A stretch of DNA of 64,000 nucleotides from the NCBI RefSeq assembly GCF_036588685.1, contig NC_086378.1:54374001-54438000 (forward strand). The letters run 5' to 3'. The DNA is from Mytilus trossulus (Eukaryota). Below, one piece after another: positions 26,401 through 38,400 of this stretch. Under the pieces are notes generated by a model that searched no databases, had not been told where the DNA came from, and saw only the letters and a list, made by a program, of their open reading frames with translations. Made by a program: the position numbers and the translations under genes. Each line of letters begins with the position of its first letter. Positions within the stretch are counted from its first letter, which is position 1.

Positions 26401-29400
26401 AAATGAAAACTAAATCTTTTTATTGCTGTGAAAATTAGAAAGAATATTTACTGCTCTAGTAGCACCATGTACTGCAAGTTGTGATAGATTGATAATTCAA
26501 AATGGTTCAATCATTTTACCTTGGATTTCATTTGATGGACATGTTGATATGGATAGTCTGTTTAAGCATCTTAAAAATCACATGAAGGTATTCGCATATC
26601 AATAAACTGAACTCAGTGCGAAGAACCTTTAAAGTACACTTAGGTAAAGAGCGCACTACGTTTGCGCGCATTTGGGGATTAACATATTTTACGTTTGCGC
26701 ACAGCTTTTGATTACATTTGCGCGCATTCATTTTACAGGTAAACTCAGGTAAAAATATAAATAAGAATTAAATTTAATCATAATTTACTATAATTTCGTT
26801 TATCTTTAAATAAACATGACTATCAATTATTAATTTTGAAAAATCATTAATATACGTATTGATAGAACACTGAAGTATGGGGATATATCTTGTAGATGCA
26901 CTGTTAAGGATTGCAAAGGCAGAATAAAATTTGATGAACATTCAACAGTCATTCTTAATGCCAGATCCGTTGCTCGAAATCCCACTTCCATCTCCCCGTT
27001 GATAAGCAGGGGACTTAGACTAACAGAAGGGGTTCTTATATATACTTAAAAATTGAACGAATTAATAAATAGATAAGTGTTATTGTCTGTATTTTACCTG
27101 AGTTTACCTGAGTTTACCTGTACAAAAAATGCGCGCAAATGTAATCAAAAGCTGCGCGCAATCGTAATGATTTGTGCGCGCAAATGTAATGGTAATGCGC
27201 GCAAACGTAATGCACCGAGACAAAGAGCTCAAGCTAGTGAAACACTTTTTTTATGCTGGTCACTGTCTGTTATCAAACTGCACCGCAATCCTAAAAAAAA
27301 TATGCAAGTTAATTCTAATAGAAGTAGAAGCCAAAGGAAGTAAATAAACCGTTTACTGAAATAAATGTACAATATGTCTATGGGACACAGATGCCCCTGC
27401 TTGTGAAAAAAAGGGACAAGTAAACTCCACATATAGAACATCTGTATAACTTGTATTTCTTTTAATATGCAATGCCAACCTAATTTTTGTTTGTGTTCTT
27501 TTTTCAATTGTTCATGAACATTAATAATGTGTTAACTGTTGATATTTATAGCCTTTTTTCTTCTTTGCTGTGAATACAATTACTCTAATATATTGTAATC
27601 AATTTAACTATTGTAAGTTTATTGTCTTAATTTTGTATGCCATAACCATTTAAGGTAAATGTGTTTGTGCGAATAAAATATTGTCTATTGTATTGTCTAT
27701 AGAAACAGGATTCACGTAATTTTGACTGTTAAGTGACCATACGCATTGTGTATAAGTTTCAAAACATTTGGTTGAGGCAAACTAAAGTTAAAGAACAGAA
27801 ACAACAGATTAAGCATGATCTTTCCTATCTTTAGTCTACGTGTTGATATCTGTATCATTAGTACTAGTATCAACTTCTTATATCTAATAACTCTTGAACA
27901 GTAACACCACCCAATATCGAACTTGATAGAGCTGTGTTATGGGGTAATACGCATTACGTATAAGGTTTATAAAATTTGATTGAGTCAAACTTATTTAAAA
28001 GAACGAAAACGCAAATTCAGCATTTTCTATGTTTTTAAAGGAACATGATAACTCTTGAACGGTAAAAGTGACGCTACCAAATTTCAAATTATTTTTTTTG
28101 TATGTGGAAATAACCATTGTCCCAGGTTAGGGAGATGGTGAAGACCCCGCTAACATGTTCAACCCCGCCCTATTTAGTATGCATGTGCCATCGTTTGAAT
28201 TTCGTTTTATCGTGTTTTTTTCTATGTTGTGATGTTATAATAATGTTTCATCCGGCTGCAAATGTTTGCACCTGTCCTAAGTCAGGAATCTGATGTACTG
28301 TAGTTATCGTTTGTTTGTGAAATTTATACGTTTTTCTCGTTTCTCGTTTTTTTATTTAGATTAGACCGTTGGTTTTCTCCATTGAATTGTTTTACACTAG
28401 TAGTTTTTGGGCCCTTTATAGTTTGTGGTTCGGTGAGAGCCAAGGCTCCGTATGAAGGCCGTACATTGACCTATAATGGTTTACTTTTATAAATTGTTAT
28501 TTGGATATAGAGATTTGTCTCATTGGCACTCATACAACATCTTCTATACCTATTTGCTCATTGTTGAAAGGGCTTATTCTCATTTCGCCTTAGCTGTCAA
28601 AATTTATATATAAAATTAATCCCAGTTTGCCTTAGCACAAATTTCCAGGTACACAAGAATTAACTAAGGCGAAATGAGAGCTTCTGTAAACTATGAAATT
28701 AAGTTATGTTTTGTTTGTATTGCAATTAGTTGATATTTGTTATTTTGATGTCAAATTCTACCAATAAATACTTTTTAAAGGAATGATATATTTTTTTTTC
28801 ATGTTTGGTGTCCCACTTTTTATAGTTGCTCTTTTTTTTTCTTCCTGAGAGTGTTTTTCTTTTACTAAATGTGTTATATTTTGTAAATAAAGAAATAAAG
28901 TCTTATTAGAGATGACAAATTAGATATGAACATTTCATATTTTAATGAATAAATAAAGACAAATATCATACTAGTACAAGGCACTGATATACATAATTGA
29001 AAATTATCACAAACTCAAAAGAAAATTTAAGAACATTGGTTCTGAAGAAAATCGTCAAATTATGAAATCTTTGGGGAAACAATACAAAAAAACTTTAGAT
29101 AAAGCAATTATTGCTCATAGAAAGAAAATGACAAACAAAATAAACACATTGAGATCCATTAACTCAAAAGAGTATTGGAAATTACTTAACAGTAGAAAAA
29201 AGAGAGACCAACCTGTCATCCCTATCAACAAATTATTCGATTTTTTAAAAAATCTGAACGCCGCCCCAGAAATTGAATAAAATAAAAATATTCCAACTCT
29301 AAACCCGACTGATGTCAATAGGCTTAATGAAGATCTAAACAGAAGAATTTCTAAAGACGAAATTCTTAAGGGCATCAAAAACCTGAAAAAATAAAGCATT

Positions 29401-32400
29401 TGGGGATGATCGTATAATAAATGAATATATCAAGTCTACAGCTAGTTTATTCATTGAATTTTACGAAAAATTATTTAACGTTTTATTTCGCACTGGTATT
29501 ATACCTGACAGTTGGCTAGTTAGTTACATAAAGCCTGTTTATACAAAAAAGTACATTGTAGCAAGTTGGACCCCAAAAATTTAGACCAATTACCATTTTG
29601 AATTGTATGGGGAAACTTTTTACCGCAATTTTATGCGAAAGACTACATCTTTCCTCTAAAGAATTCATGATTTTAAACGAAAACCAAATTGAATGTGGTT
29701 TTAGAAAGGGTTATTCGACAACCGATAATTTATTTGTGATATCTAATTAGCACAGTTTTGGAGATTTTTTAATATTTTTTTTTGATATTTTTTTTATTAA
29801 AGTTTCTGTTATGTAATTAAACAAGTCTGTGGAAAAATATGTTTTTTTTTTCCTTTCTATTAAAAAAATAATTAAAGATAACAAATCCCTAGTTACATGT
29901 TGTTCAAATTGCTATAAAAACACCAAGGTTTAATTTGTTTATTTAATATTTTTATCTAAATTCACATTTCGCCTTAGTTCAATTCCCATCTGGCCTTAGT
30001 GTATTTTGTACCTTTTTTACCTGGAATTCGCAGCTAAGGCGAAATGGGAACACACCGTTGAAAGCCGTATGGTGACATATAGTTGTTAATTTCTGTGTTA
30101 CCTGGTCTCTTGTGGAGAGTTCTTCTTTGGCGCTCATGCCACATGAGGTGAAGGGTGGGGATCTTGCTAGCATGTTTAATCCGCCGCATTCTGTTTGTAT
30201 GTACCTGTCCCAAGTCAGAAGACTCTAATTCATGAATTGTCGTTTGTTTATGTGTTACATATTTGTTTTTGTTCATTTTTTGTACATAATTTGTCCGTTT
30301 CTTTTCTCGGTGCTTTTTATAACTGACTATGCGGTACGGACTTTGCTCATTGTCGAAGGCCGTAGGGTGACTTATAGCTTTTAATTTCTGTATCATTTAG
30401 TATTTTGTGGAGTGTTCTTATTGGCACTCATGACACATCTTCTTTTTATTTTGTGTATAAGTTTTGTAGTATTTGGTTGAGGCCACTAAAGTTAAAACTA
30501 CGGAACCCTTTTATTTTGGACGTTCGGGACGAACGGACTAGAGTAACTCCGCAGTTTATGTTCCTTTTCTTTGGTACCAACACAGAAGTTCTGACTAGTG
30601 TGCTGGTGCTAGGCATTCCACCAGCACTGTCATTAACACACATACACACAATTTTATTATAAAAATATGCAATCTTCATTTTGATTTGATTCTTTTTGGC
30701 CTATAATGATTATATGCATGCCTTAATTTCACAAGTAGTATAAAATTTGACAAATTTATTGTGCATATACATTTTTGTTATATTTTATAACTTATTTTTC
30801 AATTAAACTTAAATTGATCATCACTTTCTTTTTATATGTCTTTTAAGATTCCGTTTTGAACAAAACGATTTGTTACATATTATATACTTCAAACGTATTT
30901 CTATCAAATCTGATATTATTACAAAGCAACTATTAAATAAAATGCATTCGAACTTTAAATGTGCATTTAAATATATATGCAAGTCGTCAACTGGTGAAGT
31001 GGTTAGATGCATATATCGTTGGCCAATTGAACGACAGGTCTCCAAATTTTGTTGTTGTAAAACGTCTAGAAATATTAAAGGAAATAAATAAAAACAGAAC
31101 GACTGAATTAAATAAAATAATGTTCGATATAATGAACCATTTCGATTTATTTTTAAAATCTAAACGATGCTTTATTTTTATCTAGTTTCTTAATCATGAG
31201 AATGAGAAAATAAATACCTTACAGCTTCTTTAACCGTCGATCCTGAAATGTTTAATGTTATAAAACAATTTTAGCGTCTTTGACCTACTTTGCCTTTTTA
31301 TTCGGATACTTGTTGTTATCTTCTTCAAGTTCAACGGGAACATTAGAATAATCTAGAAAAGAACCCAGATGGAACCATGAATTCGGGTTGCTATAACCAA
31401 ACAACCCGGATGTTGAACCAGTTACCATGGTTTCGAACCAAAGAACCATGGTTCAGAACCAAACAACTCAGATGGAACCAGGGTTTAGAACCAGAGTGCC
31501 CGGATAGAACCTTATTGCATTCGGAATTCTCATGACTTTTTATTCCTTCAACGTATTTTCCAAATCATTTATTTATTTAGTATATTTATATATAATTATC
31601 GCGTCTTATTGTGCATTTTGCTGATGTCAGGGTGGAAGAAAATTCCTTAAACTATCAAATATCTGTTTTTTTATGGCTAGTTTAAAGAGAAATCTGACGT
31701 TTTACTTACAAATGCACATACTTGATCAGCCATGGCAAGTGCCATGTTCTTTATATGCGTTTCTTTACTTTGTAGTTTTATCGTTGTTTTTATTGGCTTG
31801 AAATTTGTTTAAATGTTTAAGAGGTATGTAAGTTTGGTTGGGTTTTTTCGGTTGCTGTTTGACATTGATTTACTTTATTAAATTCATTTACGACTCGAAT
31901 TTGCTTCAAAGTTGTTTGCAAGTTCAAATCAATTTGTTTCATTTAACAAAAAACCAAAAGATTACTTGTCTAATTTTATTGACGAGTTAAGACGTTTGAG
32001 TCAGGCGAATCAGGCTCCTGGATGGCTCTAGATTTTTTGGTAATGGTGCTCATGATTTTAAATGTCCCTTGGTGTACCTATTTTTATTTATCAAGAAGTT
32101 TTATATGTTTATACACAATACCAGTTTACATACAGCTTTATTAATAGCCAGTATAGAAAACAACATGAAACATATAAGCTCGTTCGTGATAATTTGAAAA
32201 CATTGCAACATATACACCATGTATTTGTCATATACAATGTTTATTCCAAATATTTCAATAGGTTAATGTGGGATAATTTTTTTGTTCAATTTTAATTCTA
32301 ATCATCTAGTAAGTACCAATAGAAGCAACAGTTCGAGATGTTGAGTTGTTAATTGTTCATATCTTTGTTGTACAGAGTACCCACCAAAATATGTAAACAT

Positions 32401-35400
32401 ACAATATCACATAGAAATCTTTTAATAGTTTATGATCTGGCAACATAAAACATGAAACCTTCATTCATCAGGTTGTTGACACAAATTACAGCATTTTCGT
32501 ATAGGATATTAAACAACAAAGCAAAAAAATGTTGATTTGCAACATAATGAAATGACAATAACTAAAGCAGTGTTTCTTTAAACTCAATGTGGTCATCCCG
32601 GATATCTTTTAAAAGATGCTCTTATGTTTACAGTCCCACTGACCTTAAACCAGTAGAATTTGTTGTTCCAGTAATGTTCCAACTGTACTGCTATAAGCTC
32701 ATAATTTAATGACTAACAAAAACATGTTGCCGCGTTTTGATTTCTTTCTTTTGTATTATAGATTATCATACCCATCCATGTAACAGAGAATGTTTAGACG
32801 ATTCCGAACCAAAAGAATGTAAATATGATTTTACCATAGAGTATTACTACACCCTCACTCAGGCTTGTTATGATTGTCCATATAATATCACTGATTGTTT
32901 ACGTCCACATTGTGTGTCTGCAGATGGTGTGTCACGTGCAATTATGACCGTAAACAGGAAGTTGCCTGGACCATCCATACATGTAAGTCGAATAATTATT
33001 TGGTGTTCAAACAAGTTGGCACAACATGTGTTTGTCGAAAAAGTGTTAATTACATTTTTTGTATATATTAGAGCTAAATGTGTTTACAGGACACCAAATT
33101 TTAAAACAACCAGAGTGAAAACAAAGGAATCAAGTACACTACCTCAATACTAAACCAACGTTACAATTTGTATCGGAATACATTTAATCTATTCTAAAAG
33201 AGGGGGGCAATACCTTTTTATGTTAACCTGTTTTGGCCTTTTTCAAGGTTATCTGAGATAAATTAAAGCTGTTAACTGTTGTTAACCAACTTTGTTAACT
33301 GTTATCAGCATTTTTGCATATTTGTTAACTGTTTTTGCCAAATTCGAGGTGTTGTAAACATGTTAACGGACCCCCTATTGCCCCTCCTCCTAAAGCAGTT
33401 GCTATTGACGTGTAAATGTGTACCCTCATCAGAGAAATCAGCATTATAATTAATTACGCCAACATGTATTAAAATCATCATCAGCACCCTAGTCAAAACA
33501 AATGAAAGACCGAACAAATACCAATACATTTAAAGACCATTTCAGTGTAAACTCAACATACCAACACGTTCCTTAAAAAGGCTACAAGGAAATGTTTATC
33601 CTCACTGAACCAGTTCCATGTATTTTACTTAAATGAGGAAGACTTAAGTACAAGTATGTAACCTGACTTCAGGTTTCTTATTTCTTTTAAAGGTGTGTAA
33701 AGGGGACACAGTAGTAGTAAATGTGAAGAATATGTTAGAAGGAGGCGAAGGTGTGTCACTCCATTGGCATGGTGTTCTTCAAGAAGGTACCCCACATATG
33801 GATGGCGTCACTATGATAACACAATGCCCTATTCATACTCATACCACATTTCAATATAGGTAATTATAGAAATATGCTGCTCTTATGCTCAACAACTATT
33901 TCAAAATGATTATTTTTTTTTCAATCTTGTAAATTCCACAAAGAAATTAGCATCCGAATCTATTACATATTGTTTTATGATATTGTCAGAAAATCAAACG
34001 TTCGAACCATAATGACAAAATGGCAACCTCTTCAACCACAAGATGTATTTATGATCATGTTAAATTATTTTTTTGTCATATTTTAGATAGGAACAACTAC
34101 TTATGTGGATGTAAGATAATAACAATCTGTTTTCATTATGAGCAAGAGTACAACTGTCAAAGTACAACCGCACTATACATATAGTTACCTACAGCGTTGA
34201 CATATATTTGATACTTATGAAATTGTATGGGTAAATCGTCTTTGTTTGAACATTGTAACTTATTTAAAACTTTAAATAAAATAATACAGTTTAACAACTT
34301 TCAAGATCAATATAACTCATACTTGTGCTTCATATAAATTGCAATAAAGATTTGAACCAAGGTATTCTGTAGATCACATGTTCAATTATTTAAAAAAATA
34401 AATTAGCAAAACAATATACAAATTTCTGAATTCAGATTTAAAGCAAACGATCCCGGAACACATTTCTGGCATGCCCATTCCGGACAGCAGAGAACAGACG
34501 GTATGTTTGGATCTTTTGTCATCAGACGACCAAGGTCACATGATGCAAGCTCAATGTTCTACGATGAAGATCTCCCTGAACACACTATTATGTTAAACGA
34601 TTGGTTGGATCAGATGGGAGCAGAAGCTTTTGCTGCGGGACATCATGCTATGAAAGACCATTTTCCTAGTTCAATTCTCATTAATGGTAAATTATACTTT
34701 AAACTTATTACTCCATTAATGTGATATAACCGGATGTGACGTAACTACACATCGTTGGCTCATATTTACTAAAGGTTCAAAAAAGGGTGTAACAAATAAA
34801 ATGATCTTACTTAAAATAACCTTGTACAGAAAACCACGAGCTTGGATTGAAGTTTATCTTTTTTTCATTAATAAACAGAAAAAGAAACCGTCAAAAATAA
34901 GAAAAAAATATCAAGATGCGTGTCTTGGTGAGCTTTCTACAGGTTCTAATAAATATGTTGCACACTAGATATTTCTATAATAAATGACGGCATACTACAC
35001 TAAATAAATGATAATACAATATTTTGATGTTTTACACAGGACGAGGAACAGTCAAAGAATTTAATGAAATCACAGACCACAGTTCTCACGGTTCCCACCA
35101 TAAAGATACAACTTTACCAGAAGATATGATTATGGACACTTTGACAACTACTCGTACAATGGAAATGACGCACGCTGATCATATGTTTGACCACATGATG
35201 CACAAAAGAAGTTCAGAACATGCAGAAATGCAATCAGTTCATAATATGCATAATATGGATACTGGCGCTCACAGTATGTCTGATCTAGATGCACGTCATA
35301 CGCCGCATGCACTTTTCAAAGTTAAACAAGGAAAGAGATATCGATTCCGAATAATTAGTAATGGCATCGCCAACTGTCCCATACAGTTCTCTATCGATCA

Positions 35401-38400
35401 TCATAGTTTAACTATAATATCAACAGACGGATCACCATTCAATCCCATCTTAGTTGAATCATTCACTATTTTTGCAGGCGAAAGATACGATTTTGTTCTG
35501 ACTGCTAATCAGCATAAGCGAAACTACTGGATTAGAGCACGAGGATTAGCCGAGTGTGGACCTGAATACAAATCTGTAAGTCAGACGGCTTTCCTTTCAT
35601 ACGAAGATGCTGCTATTGTGTTACCCCCAGAATCTCCTGATTATCAAAGTGGAAATAGACAAGGACTGGTATGTAATCAAGCAAATATGAGTTTTCAATA
35701 AATCACCTAAAAACATTACAGGGAATTTGCATACTTGTACTGTATATCACTTCACTATAATAATTTTATATTTAAGTACTTTGTTACTGCAAAAATACAA
35801 CAGATCAAAACATACTACTGATTTTCTGATTTTTTTGAAAGAAATAAATAGCTATGGAAAACGAAAAACTATAGAACGACTGGTTAATTAAAGTTGAATT
35901 CAATATGAATATCAGAGGGTTTTTTTTATCAAAAGTTTCAATGAAAGTTATTTTTATAAATATAACTATACGAGCAAAGCAAGTCCTGGTTACCTCAAGC
36001 TTCTAAAAGTTAATTATATCTACTTCTAACTTGATTTGTTTTAAGCATGACATATATTAAACAGAGATTGTGGCCTAGTGGTATTAGGAAACGATATCGA
36101 AAAAACATATGTGTTTCTAAAAAAAATTTGAAAACTTATGTTTTATACCATAAAATTAAACGTCTAAATTTAAAAACATTTTGAAAAAAAAAGGTTGCTA
36201 AATAGAACAATCAAAACTGTTTTCAATTGGATGAACTGATATTGAATTTCATAAAACACAACCGCCAAGTAACGTCTATTATTTGTTCTTGTAGATGCTT
36301 AATCCTTTAAATATCGGGCCATCAAGAGGATTTATCACTGTAGATCAACTGGATTCTTTAGTTCCAGATGATGACGTGTTAAAACCAGTACCAGATAAGA
36401 AATTTTACATAGCAATGGATTTTAATATGGTAGAAAACCCATATTTTCAGAACAGCAAATACTATTCACTAAATACTATGATGAACCGACATGGACATGG
36501 GAAACACAGCATGCATATGTTGTCACCACAACTTAATCATATATCGTTTATGGTGCCTCCATCACCCCCACTTTCTCAACATTCGAAGACTATTGATGTA
36601 AGTTTCGAAAAACTCTTTTATTCAACTTACTATCGATGTTTTGTATATTTGTTAAGTTTAAGGTTGGCAGATAACATTGTTGACAGTAATCTGCACACAT
36701 ATTGCTGAACCTTATACTCAGCTTCTTTTGTTAAAATATTAAGCTTCTCAATGAGGGATTTTTTTATTTATTTTGTGAAAGGGTCAAAGTAAATATTTTG
36801 TCAAAATTTTATTAAAGTTTAACAAGCAAAATTAAGTTTAGTCAATGTGTTTGTTAGCACCTTAAAGTTTAGTTCTAGATACCTTTTAAACTCATTTTTT
36901 TTCACTTTTCGTATTTGAAGGAGCTCCACGTTTCTTCATAAGTAAAAACAAAGACCTTTAATACGAGAACAGTCATATAATTGATAGTTTAAAGAAATTG
37001 CATTTGATGGATACGTTTTATCATATGTAGCTTTCAAAGAGTTACATAAATGAAATAGCCTATATTTGTGATGAAAACAAGTGCTTTGTAGCTTATATTA
37101 ATAAAAACTGATTCAGACTGAGTGTTAATTTATTTCTTGATTGAAATCTACCTTTTATATCGTTAGTATCTATAACCGTTTTATAAATATATTGATCTCA
37201 TTGGTATATTAAGTAACACTCAATTATATGGTCATATTATAAATTTCTGTTTATAAAACTTTGAATTTTTTGAAAAACTAAGGATTTTCTTACCCCAGGA
37301 GTAGATTACCTTATCCGTATTTGGCACAACTTTTTGTAATTTTGGGTCCTCAATGCTCTTCAACTTTGTATTTGTTTGGCTTTTTAACTTTTTTGGATCT
37401 GAGCGTCACTGATGAGTCTTATGTAGACGAAACGCGCATCTGGCGTATAAAATTATAATCCTGGTAATTTTGATAACTATACTAAAGTTACTAGAATTCA
37501 CAATATGTTTTTTAGATTTATTTTCATACGACATCTGATAATTAACATATATTTACAGGACTTTTTTTGCAATGAAGAAACTATGAGTGATAAGGATTGC
37601 ACCACAGAATTCTGTCAATGTACTCATCGTATCAAAGTACAGCTTGGAGAAGTTATTGAACTTGTATTAGTGGATGAAGGGAAATCACAGAATAATAACC
37701 ATCCAATGCATTTGCATGGCCATAGTTTCAGAGTAGTAGCGATGGAAAAGGTAAGAGTATCTAATAATCCTATTTGAATGTAACAGGATACACAGGAATG
37801 GTTTCTTCTTTTTATATGTCAAGACAGTCCCCATTCGCCCTACTTTAAAATACTTACATAAATCTTGAACATTGAAAGGTCAATGATGTAGAGTTTTCAT
37901 TAAAGTAAATTCACACTCAGCGAAACTATCGCATGTCGAGACAACAACAGTTTACCTATGTTCATTTAAAGATAAAGAATACATGTTAAGTTACAAACAA
38001 AATCGAGAGAATCAATTAAACCCCACCAGGAAAACGATCGGGCAAGGTCATTTAGGTAAGCGTTACTTGTTATACCACACATCAATACGGAATAAGACGC
38101 ACTAGGTAGACTTACAGGTCAGACGAATATTCTTTCAACAATACCAGGACCCAAGATTCGTATTATTATTATTTAGGAAGGCATTATAAGAAATGAGAAT
38201 GAACTTGAGAAGAATGCAGCTGAGCATAAGATTTCTTGTAAATAGCTTCAACATATTTCAACAGATCATCTTCTGTTTGTAATTTATGTATTGATATAGA
38301 TTATTTCTAGAGAACATGATACTTTAGTATCCTTCGATTTACATATCTTTTATTTCTATAAAATTATTCTGCTAGTTTTTTTTGTTTAAACTGAGAATCT

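Noticed and set aside
31732-31828. Hydrophobic mini-[29 protein letters not shown] as the laccase signal-peptide exon
   Set aside because: An in-frame TAA precedes the nearby GTATGT donor; the exon at 23421-23496 fits the phase without a stop.
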